64,000 bases of DNA from an uncultured bacterium. GTDB lineage: Bacteria; Chloroflexota; UBA5177; JANWHV01. The DNA is taken from the NCBI GenBank assembly GCA_963827235.1, contig CAWHAE010000010.1:800001-864000 (forward strand), in the 5' to 3' direction. The position numbers were made by a program, and so were the translations under genes. This document shows, one piece after another, positions 29,243-38,340 of the stretch. Below the pieces are notes generated by a model. It had not been told where the DNA came from and searched no databases. It saw only the letters and a program-made list of their open reading frames with translations. Each line of letters starts with the position of its first letter. The stretch's first letter is position 1.

Positions 29243-31021
29243 TCAGAAGCCGGCGACCGCGGCGGGCGAGTGCCCCTCGAATGCGAGCTGAAGCCTGAGC
29301 AGGAACACACTGCCCTGCGGCCCGCTCTGCTCGAGATCCAGCTCACCGTCCATGGCGTTTGCCAAGCGCCTACTCACGTAGAGGCCGAGTCCGACAGGCC
29401 GCGCATCGCCACGCGCGCGGATGCCGCGGATGCGGCCGAACTGCGTGAACAGCCGAGACCTGCCTTCGGCGGGAATGCCTGGCCCACGATCCGTGACGCG
29501 GACCACGAGCTGGCCCTCTTCGACACGCCACGACACGGCGACGGGCGAGCCCTCAGGCGAATACTTCACAGCGTTTTCGAGCAGGTTCGTGATGATCTGG
29601 AGCACGCCATCGACGTCGCCAACCGCCAGCAGCCCGTCCGCACCGTCAATGGTCACCTCTTGACCGGAGTACGCCACCGCCAGATCCGCTGTCACTTGAC
29701 GGACGAGCCTGCCCACGTCGACTATCTCTCGCCGCGGCGCCGAAAGGCCGACGTCGAGCTTGGTGAGCGGCAAGAGGTCCTGGATCAAGCGCTGCTGCCG
29801 GCGAGCGGCTTCGACGATCCTGGTCAGATACTCGAGGCGGGTACCGGCGGTGATCTGGCTCTCGCCGGATCTCAGCAGCTCGGCGAACCCCAGGATCGTG
29901 TTGATCGGACTGCGCATCTCGTGGCTGACCGTCGCCACCATCTCGGTGCGCAGAGCGGCCGCCGCTTCAGCCTGCCGCAGCCGCTCGTGGTCGATCGACC
30001 GGTCGCCCTGGGCAGTTCCATCGCGGTCGCTCGCCGGCTCAGGCTGGGCCGCCGGCCTGGCCAGCGCCACCACGCCACAGACCTCCCCGTTTCCATCGCG
30101 GACCGGCGCCAGAGTCAACCAGGCGGGCACCTGCCGGCCAGACTTGTGCAGCAGCTCCAGCGCGTACCCGTCCACCGACTCCCCGGATTGAAGCCACTCG
30201 AGCAGCTTCCGCGGCTCCAAACGCCCATCCGGCTGCAGGAGCACGTCGGCGGTCAGGCCTGATGCCTCGGCAGGCGAATAGCCCAATAGCTGCTCGGCTC
30301 CCGCGTTCCAGCCTGATATCGCACCGTCGGGAGTCACCTGCAGGACAGCGTCGCTGGAGGACTCGACCAGCGCCCTGAACTTCAGCCCGGCACTCTCGGC
30401 GTTGAGGCGAGTGATAGCCGTACTGAGCAGCGACGACATGGCAGAGAGCAGCAGCGTGGCCTCTGGGGGAGGAACCTCGTGCGCCGCCCATCCGACCATC
30501 AGAACGCCGTGCCGCTCTCCGTGGGGCGGGATCGCAATGCTCATCGAGCCGGTAGTACTGTCCGGGAACTCGTCCTGCGCCACCTCAAAGCGTTGCTCGA
30601 CGCTGAGATCCGGCACGACGACGGCTGAGCCGGCAGACAGTGTGTAGGCGGACTGGGATCTCGCGCCGTCGACCGCGAGTCGCAGCGTGCACGGCGCATC
30701 TCCAAAGCCGAACGACGCGCGGCGAACGAGCTCCGTTCGCTCCGCTTGCAGCGAGAGAATCGAGCACGAATCGGCGTCCAGCGACAGCACGATGTCCGTG
30801 ACTGCTTGGTCAAACACGGGCTGAAGATACGGTGCTTCGACCGCTTTCTGGAGAAGGCGGTCGAGCACTTTGTGGAAACGTGCCATGCCGAGCCAGGGGC
30901 GGTCTCCAAATTCGCGCACGGGCGCGCCGGAACCGTCATGGGCAGCGGCGTCGGCCGACCAGGGACCGTTCGTGGGGTGCAGCGAGCCCTCAGGGGAAGG
31001 CGGCAGTGGGTACGTCGACAT
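29243..31021 (-). CDS. Cytoplasmic GAF-PAS sensor histidine kinase
   Basis: GAF (VVVPDLSVEQRF), PAS (WNAGAEQLLGYSPAEASG), VSHEMRSP H-box, NLLENAVKYS, DRGPGI, GLGLY. Confidence 0.92.
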   Translation of the reverse strand: MSTYPLPPSPEGSLHPTNGPWSADAAAHDGSGAPVREFGDRPWLGMARFHKVLDRLLQKAVEAPYLQPVFDQAVTDIVLSLDADSCSILSLQAERTELVRRASFGFGDAPCTLRLAVDGARSQSAYTLSAGSAVVVPDLSVEQRFEVAQDEFPDSTTGSMSIAIPPHGERHGVLMVGWAAHEVPPPEATLLLSAMSSLLSTAITRLNAESAGLKFRALVESSSDAVLQVTPDGAISGWNAGAEQLLGYSPAEASGLTADVLLQPDGRLEPRKLLEWLQSGESVDGYALELLHKSGRQVPAWLTLAPVRDGNGEVCGVVALARPAAQPEPASDRDGTAQGDRSIDHERLRQAEAAAALRTEMVATVSHEMRSPINTILGFAELLRSGESQITAGTRLEYLTRIVEAARRQQRLIQDLLPLTKLDVGLSAPRREIVDVGRLVRQVTADLAVAYSGQEVTIDGADGLLAVGDVDGVLQIITNLLENAVKYSPEGSPVAVSWRVEEGQLVVRVTDRGPGIPAEGRSRLFTQFGRIRGIRARGDARPVGLGLYVSRRLANAMDGELDLEQSGPQGSVFLLRLQLAFEGHSPAAVAGF

Positions 31022-31339
31022 TCCGCTTACCGGTTGGTCGGGTAGAATGCCTGGGTCACATCGCCATAGAGGAGCGAAGACCCGGGCTGATGTTCAACTG
31101 ATCCAGCGGCTCGCAGGTCGACCAACGTTCAGTCCAGATCCGTCATTCTTGCTCGCGCCAATGCAGCCAAGCCCTCGACAAACCCCGGTTGGCTCCCGTG
31201 CGCCGCAAACAGGACAATTGTATCATGCAAGAAATCGTGCAGCAACCAGCCAAAAGAGGCCATTTCAATGCCACAGATCGTGGTTCGCACCCGGCCGGCC
31301 GCGATATACTTGCCCTGAGTGTAAAGGATGTGGCTGGGC

Positions 31340-31945
31340 ATGTATCACGAGCTTGGGCGGCAGTCTCGCCGCGTATACGAAAGCCTGCGATCGTCAATAA
31401 TGAGGAAAGAATATGCACCCGGCTGGAAACTGCCCGGCTACACGACACTGGCCGTTCAATTCGGCGTCTCGCCGGTCACAGTACGCCAGGCGCTTGCCAT
31501 ACTCAGCGAGGAGGGGCTGGTTGACCGGCAGCAGGGCCGCGGGACATTCGTACGCGGTGCCAGGGCTTCACCAACCGTACTGATCGCGGACGATGACCCC
31601 GACATGCGGGCCCTGCTTCGCGCCTATGCCGGTCACGCCGGCCACCCCGTCGTCGAGGCCGCTGAACCGGGCGCGGCGCTGTTGATTCTGGAATCCGGGT
31701 CGCCGATCGCTCTCGTCCTGAGCGACGTCCGGATGCCGGAGACGGCGGACGGGATCGAGTTCATTCGCACGGTTCGCCACCGCTGGCCGGAGATTCCACT
31801 CGCTGCCATCACCGGCTTCCCCGACGACCTTGCCCCGCTGCACGGCACGCCCGAGTGCCCGATACTGATCCTGGCGAAGCCCGTCTGGGAGCAACAGGTG
31901 CTCGACGTCTTTCGCTGGGTGCTGGGCGGAGCGACCGCTCCGTAA
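31340..31945 (+). CDS. Regulator with an N-terminal GntR wHTH and a C-terminal receiver domain
   Basis: VYESLR..I...YAPGWKLP....LA.QFGVS..TVRQAL..L..EGLV..QQGRGTFV, then VLIADDD..VLSDVRMP..ITG..KP. Confidence 0.85.
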   Translation: MYHELGRQSRRVYESLRSSIMRKEYAPGWKLPGYTTLAVQFGVSPVTVRQALAILSEEGLVDRQQGRGTFVRGARASPTVLIADDDPDMRALLRAYAGHAGHPVVEAAEPGAALLILESGSPIALVLSDVRMPETADGIEFIRTVRHRWPEIPLAAITGFPDDLAPLHGTPECPILILAKPVWEQQVLDVFRWVLGGATAP

Positions 31946-31978
31946 TCCAGCTAGTGCCGTCCCGGCTGCGCTGCCAAG

Positions 31979-32035
31979 TTGACAACACCTCGATAGCTGC
32001 TTACCATCGGATCGTCCGTACCCGTAACGATTTGG
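31979..32035 (+). promoter_or_regulatory. Sigma70 promoter plus LacI-type operator upstream of lacI
   Basis: TTGACA-17bp-TACCAT (31979-32007); CCGTAACGATTTGG (32022-32035). Confidence 0.65.
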
Positions 32036-32045
32036 AAGCAGCTCC

Positions 32046-33062
32046 ATGGCCACGCTCAAGGATGTAGCGCGCGAATCCGGCCTCTCCGTGACTACCGTCT
32101 CGCGTGCCCTCAACAATCACTTCGACGTCTCGGCGCAAACGCGCGAGCACGTGGCGCGTGTGGCTGCCATGCTCGGCTACCATCCCAACCAGATCGCGCG
32201 GAGCCTTCAAGGCACCCGCGCCAATGCGATCGGCCTGGTTATACCCACGCTCGTGCATCGTTACCTCGACAGCTTCTGGCTGGAATTCATCGGCGGTGTG
32301 ACCTCAGTATGCGGCGAGACGGGATTCGACCTCGTGCTTTCTGCAGGCAAAGACCTCCGGGACGAGTATGCTCAGTACCAGCGATTGGTCAGCTCGCGGC
32401 GCGTGGACGGCGTCATCATCTGCGACGTGCGCGTGCGCGATCCGCGGATCTCGCTGCTGAGCCAGGGAGACGCGACCCTGGTCGCCTTCGGCCGCGCTTT
32501 GGCGGAAGACGGCTACTCGTGGGTGGACGTTGACGGCGCGAGCGGCGTCCGTATGGCGGTGGAGCATCTGCTCGGGCTCGGACACCGCCGTATCGCCTAT
32601 CTGGGCACACCGCGGGCGTTCTCGTTCTCGCACTTCCGCTTCGAAGGTTATCTGCAGGCACTCTTTGTAGCCGGCATCGCGCTGGATACCTCTCTGGTGG
32701 TGGAAGACCTCGACGTCGGAAGCGAGGTGGATAGCCCGGTTCAGGCCCTGATGGCGCTCGAGACTCCGCCCACCGCCATCGTGGCCTGCGCCGATTTCGT
32801 CGCCATCGCGGCCCTGCGGGCGCTGCGCGCGAAGGGCAAGCGAGTGCCGCAAGACGTGTCGCTGGTTGCCTTCGACGACACGCTGGCCACGCTGCAGGCG
32901 GATCCGCCGCTGACGTGCGTGCGACAGGATAACCATGTGGTCGGGAGGCAGATAGCTTCGACCCTGACCAGCGAACTGCGAGGCGACGCCCAACCGCCGG
33001 TTCATATACTGATACAGCCCGAGCTGATCGTGCGGGAGTCTACTGCGGCTCTCCGTCGATGA
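32046..33062 (+). CDS. LacI-family transcriptional regulator
   Basis: ATLKDVARESGLSVTTVSRALN, LGYHPNQIARSL, LGHRRIAY, VPQDVSLVAFDD. Confidence 0.95.
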   Translation: MATLKDVARESGLSVTTVSRALNNHFDVSAQTREHVARVAAMLGYHPNQIARSLQGTRANAIGLVIPTLVHRYLDSFWLEFIGGVTSVCGETGFDLVLSAGKDLRDEYAQYQRLVSSRRVDGVIICDVRVRDPRISLLSQGDATLVAFGRALAEDGYSWVDVDGASGVRMAVEHLLGLGHRRIAYLGTPRAFSFSHFRFEGYLQALFVAGIALDTSLVVEDLDVGSEVDSPVQALMALETPPTAIVACADFVAIAALRALRAKGKRVPQDVSLVAFDDTLATLQADPPLTCVRQDNHVVGRQIASTLTSELRGDAQPPVHILIQPELIVRESTAALRR

Positions 33063-35158
33063 GCGAGCTGCCCAGCTATCACCAGTTCATGGGCAACGGC
33101 ATCGACGCCGTCCTGATAGGCCCTTCCGGCGCCATGTCTGCCGATCCCGCGCGCGGCCTGGACCGCTGCTACTGGTATAAGGCAGATCTCTACTACGCGG
33201 ACGAGCGTACGTACATCGAGGGACAAGACCCCTTTGTCTTCGCCGCCTCCCCTCCTGGGGGTACTATCTTCCAGCTGGCGCCGCTGGCGCGAACCTGGTA
33301 CGAGGTCCTCGGCCCGTCCGGCGAGCCCCTGACGCTTTCGGCGGCCGAGCAGCGCTTCGATCCCACTACCGGAGCTCTCGTAACGGTCGCCCACTTTGGC
33401 TCACGACGTGTCGAGCTGAGCACGGGGCTCTCGGAAACGCTCCCGGCGCTGTGTTTCGATCTCCGCGCGGGCGAGGCACTCCGCGTGCGGGCACGTGCCG
33501 ATGCGGGTCTGTGGCCGGAGGACAGCGCGCAATCGACTCCGGTGAGTGCCTTAACCGGTGCTCGAGACGGGCGCAACGGCCTAGCGTTTGCCGTTGGAGA
33601 TGTTACCTGTAGCCTCCATCTCGTGCCGGCCGTGACCGAGGCGTGCTCCGCGGACAACCGGACCGTCATGGGCCGCGACGGCCGGGGCTTGTGGGCGGAC
33701 ATGACCGGCACACACGTGCGGTGGTGGACGGTGCTGGAAAGCTCTCGTTACGCCGAGGAGCATGAAGCCCACCTGAGGCTGCCTGCAGCTCCCCTTCCGC
33801 ACCTCGGGCTGGAATCGCACGGGCCAGATAATGCCACGCGCGGGCACGCGATTGATATTCCGGATCCCGACTACGCGCGCTTGCACGAGTTCAGCATGTA
33901 CATGTTTCGCGCCATCCAGCACCGTCATTCGGGCGGGATACCGGTCAACAATCTGCGTCGAACCTACAACTCGCACGTGTTCTGGGACGGGGCCTTCGTT
34001 CAGAGGGCGTTGCTGGAAGCCGGCCACGTCGCGCCGGCACGAGAAGCATGGCGGTTCCTCGGTCGCACCCGTCAGGCGGCGGCGGCCAACGCTCGGGCGA
34101 CGTTCGGCAGCTCCGGCCTGCACTGGGACTGGGAGACGACTCACGCCGGAGCGCGAGCCTACGTCCCCTTCATGCACAACCGATTCCAGGTGCACAACAC
34201 GCCCCTGCTCGCGCACATGATTCTGGCTGATTTCCGTGCCACCCGCGATTTTGGCGCGCTGGCGGAAGGCTACGACCTGCTCGCCGGAGCCGCGACGTTC
34301 GTGCTGGATACCGTCCTGGTCGAAAGCCTCGGCGCGCTCACCACGCGACCACTGGTTGGCTCGAGCGAGGCGGAAGCCCTGGTGGTCGACGACGGCGCCA
34401 CGGTGGCGGCTTGTCTGCGACTGGTCAAGGACGTGGCGCTGGCGGCGCGGATACTCGATCGGCAGGACGCGTTGAGCCGCAGCTGCCGATCGGCCGCCGC
34501 CCGGCTGCGGCCGGCCCTGGCGCGCCTGTTCAACGGCCGCTATTTCCAGGCTACCGGCGTGGACGATCGGCTGAACACGAGCTCCCTGGCACCGATGTAT
34601 CCCGCCGACATCGTGTCGCCGGTCGATCCTCGTGCCCTGGTCACCGCGCAGGCCTATCGGGAGCGCTACGCGGGCCGCATGGCCGGCCACGGCAACGGCG
34701 AGACCGGGTTCCCGTGGTCGGCCGGCGTCCTGGCGCGGATCCTGGCGTATCAGGGCCGCGCCGACGCTGCCTGGGAACAGCTCGACCTGGCTCGTGGCGC
34801 CCTCTGCGCCCAGGGAGGCAGCGCGGAATACGTGGACGAGCACGGAGGTTGGAACATGCAGTACTTCAGTACTGCCCAGGCGACGCTCTGCAGCGCAGTG
34901 CACGCACTGCTCTTGCAGCAGCACGGTGCCGAGCTGCGGTTGTTCCCGGCCGTGCCGCCCGCGTGGTCGCGGTGCGCATTTTCCGGCTTCCTGGCGGCCG
35001 GCTTGTCGCTTGACGCCTCCTACGAGGTGGGCCGAGTCGCAGTGAGCGTGCGCAACGTGACAGGTGCAGGGCGACGTGCGCTGCTGCGTGCCGGCTCGAG
35101 AACCGCCACACTCGATCTGGCGCCCGGAGCGTCTCGCACACTCAGCCTGGCGCAGTGA
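33059..35158 (+). CDS. Divergent GH65-like (alpha/alpha)6-barrel glycoside hydrolase
   Basis: ATGA-coupled to lacI; SHVFWD (cf. GHxFWD), GLHWDWET (cf. GAxxPWES), RLFPAVPPAW C-terminal domain. Confidence 0.65.
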   Translation: MSELPSYHQFMGNGIDAVLIGPSGAMSADPARGLDRCYWYKADLYYADERTYIEGQDPFVFAASPPGGTIFQLAPLARTWYEVLGPSGEPLTLSAAEQRFDPTTGALVTVAHFGSRRVELSTGLSETLPALCFDLRAGEALRVRARADAGLWPEDSAQSTPVSALTGARDGRNGLAFAVGDVTCSLHLVPAVTEACSADNRTVMGRDGRGLWADMTGTHVRWWTVLESSRYAEEHEAHLRLPAAPLPHLGLESHGPDNATRGHAIDIPDPDYARLHEFSMYMFRAIQHRHSGGIPVNNLRRTYNSHVFWDGAFVQRALLEAGHVAPAREAWRFLGRTRQAAAANARATFGSSGLHWDWETTHAGARAYVPFMHNRFQVHNTPLLAHMILADFRATRDFGALAEGYDLLAGAATFVLDTVLVESLGALTTRPLVGSSEAEALVVDDGATVAACLRLVKDVALAARILDRQDALSRSCRSAAARLRPALARLFNGRYFQATGVDDRLNTSSLAPMYPADIVSPVDPRALVTAQAYRERYAGRMAGHGNGETGFPWSAGVLARILAYQGRADAAWEQLDLARGALCAQGGSAEYVDEHGGWNMQYFSTAQATLCSAVHALLLQQHGAELRLFPAVPPAWSRCAFSGFLAAGLSLDASYEVGRVAVSVRNVTGAGRRALLRAGSRTATLDLAPGASRTLSLAQ

Positions 35159-35207
35159 GCGCGATCGGATGACCGGCCCCGTGGGTCCGCCCGACCATCT
35201 CCAATAC

Positions 35208-37394
35208 TCAGTCAGGGCGGATGTCCACGGACTGCGGCTCTCCGCGATAGACAAACTTGAAGGCCAGGCGTTTCCAGTGACGAGGCAGCCTCGGCGTGAT
35301 CTGCCAGCCGCGAGGTGTCAGGCGCAGGCCGGCGAATCCGAAGGCAATTGCTTGCCAGGTGCCGGCCGCAGACGCACCATGGATGCCGTCGTCCGCGTTG
35401 CCGCGCACGTCGTACATGTCGGCGTGAGCGGCGCGGATGAAGTGCTCGTAGGCTTCGTCGGGATCGCCGACGTCGCAGGCCATGATCGCCGTGATCGCCG
35501 GCCCGAGCGAGGAACCGTAGGCGTGGTCGGTGCGCGGCGTGTAGTAGCGGTAGTTGACGTCTACCACGGCGTCGCTGTACTCAGAGCGCAGGAGGTACAG
35601 CAGCATGAGCACGTCCGGCTGCTTGATCCCCTGCATCTGGTTTGCGCCGGCGATACCCAGCGTCTGCTGGAACGACTTTCCCAGCAACTGCAGCGCCGTG
35701 GCGTCGACCTCCGGCAGCCGGAAGTAGCCCTCGAACTGTTCGATCAGGCCGTCCGGCTGCATCGGCATGTAGAGAGCGTCGATCACGTGCCGCCAATGCT
35801 GAATCCGCTCGGCACTCAGATCGAGCTCAGTCGCTAGCTGTTCCGCCTTGGCCGGCACGCGTTGCCCCAGCCACTCCAGCACATACAGGGCGGTGCGCAG
35901 ATTCCACTGGGCCATGCGATTGGTATAGAAGTTGTTATCGACGTGCTCGTGATACTCGTCCGGCCCGATCACGTCGCGATACTCGTAGCGGCCGGTCTCG
36001 CCGCTCGGATGCCACTCGGCCCGCGACGCCCAGAACTTTGCGGTGTCCAGAATGAGCTCGGCACCCTTCTCAACAAGCCAGCCGTCGTCTCCGGTCACTC
36101 GCCAATACTGGAAGGCGGCGTAGGCGACGTCGGCCGAGATGTGGATCTCAATGTCACCGGTCCAGATCCGCACCATCCTGGTGACGTCGGCGTAGTGGGG
36201 CACCCATGTAGGCGTCACTTCTTCGCCTGTGTCGGCGCTCTCCCATGGGAACCAAGCTCCCTCGTAGCCGCCGGCACGCGCCTTCTGCCGAGCGCCCGGC
36301 AGATGTCGCCAGCGGTACGTGAGCAGATTGCGAGCCACGCTCGGCAGCGTGAAGGTGAAGAGAGGCAGCATAAAGATCTCGGTGTCCCAGAAGGCATGGC
36401 CGCGGTAGCCGAAGCCCGACAGTGTCTTCGCCCCGATATTGACGCGATCATCGTGGCGGGGAGCGGCAATAACCATCTGGAAGAGGTTGAAGCGAATCGC
36501 AAGCTGCGCGTCGTCGTCGCCTTCGATTGTCACGTCGACACGACTCCACTCGTCGTGCCACGCATGCGCTTGCTCGGCAAGTGCCGCTGCCCAGCCTCGC
36601 GTCACGAGCACACGGTCGCAGGCCGCGCCGACCAATTCCGCGGCGGGCATGTCGCGCGAGGTATAGATCGATACGCTCTTCTCGATCACCAGCGGCTCGC
36701 CGGGGGCCGCGTCGAGGGAGATCACCCGGCTGGGCAGCATCGGCTGATCCCACATCTCGTCCGCGGTCACTTCGCCGCCCGCGACCACGACCCGCATGGC
36801 GGCGGCGAGCACGACGTCTGTCGTGCTCGTGCGCGTGACGAGGTACGTACTGCCGTCCCGATCGCCCTGCTCGAGCAGGTGCCAGTGCTGGAGGCGATAG
36901 CTTCCGCGGTCGAAGTCGGTGGTGGCGTAGCCGTTGAGACCACACCGCACCTGCACGCTCCCCCCGGTCTCCAGGGTCACGGTGCAACGAAGCATCAGCA
37001 GGTGCTCATCTGCCAGGGAGGCAAAACGCTCGAACCTGAGCGCCACAAGCCTGCCCAGGGGCGATCGCCAGCGCAGCGTGCGTGTCAGCGTGCCGGTAGA
37101 CAGGTCCAGGCGCTGCTCGAAAGCGTCGACAGCGCCTGTTGCCAGGCTGAACGGCTCGCCGTCGATCACGAGATCCAGTGGAAGCCAGTCCGGGGCGTTG
37201 GCCAGCTCAGTCCTGACGATAGGCGCGTAATCGAAGACACCGTGTACGAGCGTGGCCCGCCGATCGCCGGGATACGCTTCTTCGAAGGCGCCGCGCGTGC
37301 AGAGGTAGCCGTTGCCGATAGTGAAGATCGTTTCGCGGTGAAGCAAGCTGTTCGGGTCGAAGCCCTCCTTCACCAGCGTCCACGAATCGGACAT
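35208..37394 (-). CDS. Glycoside hydrolase family 65 phosphorylase (kojibiose/trehalose/maltose phosphorylase-like)
   Basis: ETIFTIGNGYLCTRG, GYRGHAFWDTE, GAWFPWES, VIGPDEYHE, KQPDV, SSLG. Confidence 0.93.
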   Translation of the reverse strand: MSDSWTLVKEGFDPNSLLHRETIFTIGNGYLCTRGAFEEAYPGDRRATLVHGVFDYAPIVRTELANAPDWLPLDLVIDGEPFSLATGAVDAFEQRLDLSTGTLTRTLRWRSPLGRLVALRFERFASLADEHLLMLRCTVTLETGGSVQVRCGLNGYATTDFDRGSYRLQHWHLLEQGDRDGSTYLVTRTSTTDVVLAAAMRVVVAGGEVTADEMWDQPMLPSRVISLDAAPGEPLVIEKSVSIYTSRDMPAAELVGAACDRVLVTRGWAAALAEQAHAWHDEWSRVDVTIEGDDDAQLAIRFNLFQMVIAAPRHDDRVNIGAKTLSGFGYRGHAFWDTEIFMLPLFTFTLPSVARNLLTYRWRHLPGARQKARAGGYEGAWFPWESADTGEEVTPTWVPHYADVTRMVRIWTGDIEIHISADVAYAAFQYWRVTGDDGWLVEKGAELILDTAKFWASRAEWHPSGETGRYEYRDVIGPDEYHEHVDNNFYTNRMAQWNLRTALYVLEWLGQRVPAKAEQLATELDLSAERIQHWRHVIDALYMPMQPDGLIEQFEGYFRLPEVDATALQLLGKSFQQTLGIAGANQMQGIKQPDVLMLLYLLRSEYSDAVVDVNYRYYTPRTDHAYGSSLGPAITAIMACDVGDPDEAYEHFIRAAHADMYDVRGNADDGIHGASAAGTWQAIAFGFAGLRLTPRGWQITPRLPRHWKRLAFKFVYRGEPQSVDIRPD

Positions 37395-37510
37395 GAACAC
37401 CCGCCTTTCCAACCGGCCCTCCGGTAGAGACAGCTACCGATCGCGCCGGCACGGCACCGGTCGCGGACGCGGTCCCAGCACGCGACCGCAGCACCGGTTG
37501 CCGGGCTCAT

Positions 37511-37569
37511 CCGAAACGATTCGGCTTCTTGGCAGCTCGCATGATAGTCTGCTGATAGGTGATTGTCAA
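37511..37569 (-). promoter_or_regulatory. Sigma70 promoter plus LacI-type operator for the GH65 gene
   Basis: Minus strand TTGACA-17bp-TATCAT (37569-37541); palindrome CCGAAACGATTCGG (37511-37524). Confidence 0.7.
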
Positions 37570-37857
37570 CCGGGCATCGCGCTCTCCGGGGCAGGAAACG
37601 GGCTGCGTCAGCTCGCCGATCGACCCCACGGAGATGAGTCTCATTCCACCGTACTCGACTCCACCTCGCCCCGCGTCGGGCCGCAGTGCGGCTAGAGGAA
37701 CCGCGTTTCCTCTGGAAACCGCCGCCCTCTCGCCTTCGAGCGCGCTCTTGCGGCCACGGCATGGCAGCTCTTCAGACGTGACCGGCTTCGCCACGGCCTT
37801 GCCGTCCAGGCCGCCACCGCACCTGCAATTGTTCGGCGTGCCCGCACCGCCAGGGGC

Positions 37858-37914
37858 TTGACATCCACGCGCTCGGCGCCTATTGTAGTGGGCACAAGGG
37901 CTGAAGCGTTTCGG
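37858..37914 (+). promoter_or_regulatory. Sigma70 promoter plus LacI-type operator for the third ABC operon
   Basis: TTGACA-17bp-TATTGT (37858-37886); CTGAAGCGTTTCGG (37901-37914). Confidence 0.65.
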
Positions 37915-38340
37915 AAGCGAGCAGCCTGGGCTCGCTCGAAGTGCCACGAAAGCAAGCGCGAGGTGGTCCGCATCGGCATCGGTTGTAGGGTACTGTGGTA
38001 AGTTGGGGAGAGTGTCCATGCCTCCGACTCGCGCCACCCACGCACCTTGGCTTCCGCTCAGCATTCCCGTTCACGCGCCGTCTCGAACCACTACACCGCC
38101 GCGCGAAGCCCCGGACACGACCACATGCGCTGCCCCGGCGGGCCCCAAGCAGGCTGGCCGCTCCACTCGGAAGGTGCTTTCGCCCTACCGCTGCCTCCTC
38201 CGGCCGGTCTCACCTCCGCTGCCGCCAGGCCATGCTCTTGCCGTTTCCGAAGTGGATGAGCAAGAAGGGAGAACGTTGCGCACACAGACGTCTCAACTCG
38301 CCGGCATCAATCCCTAGCTGTTCGTTTTGGAGGTGACTAC

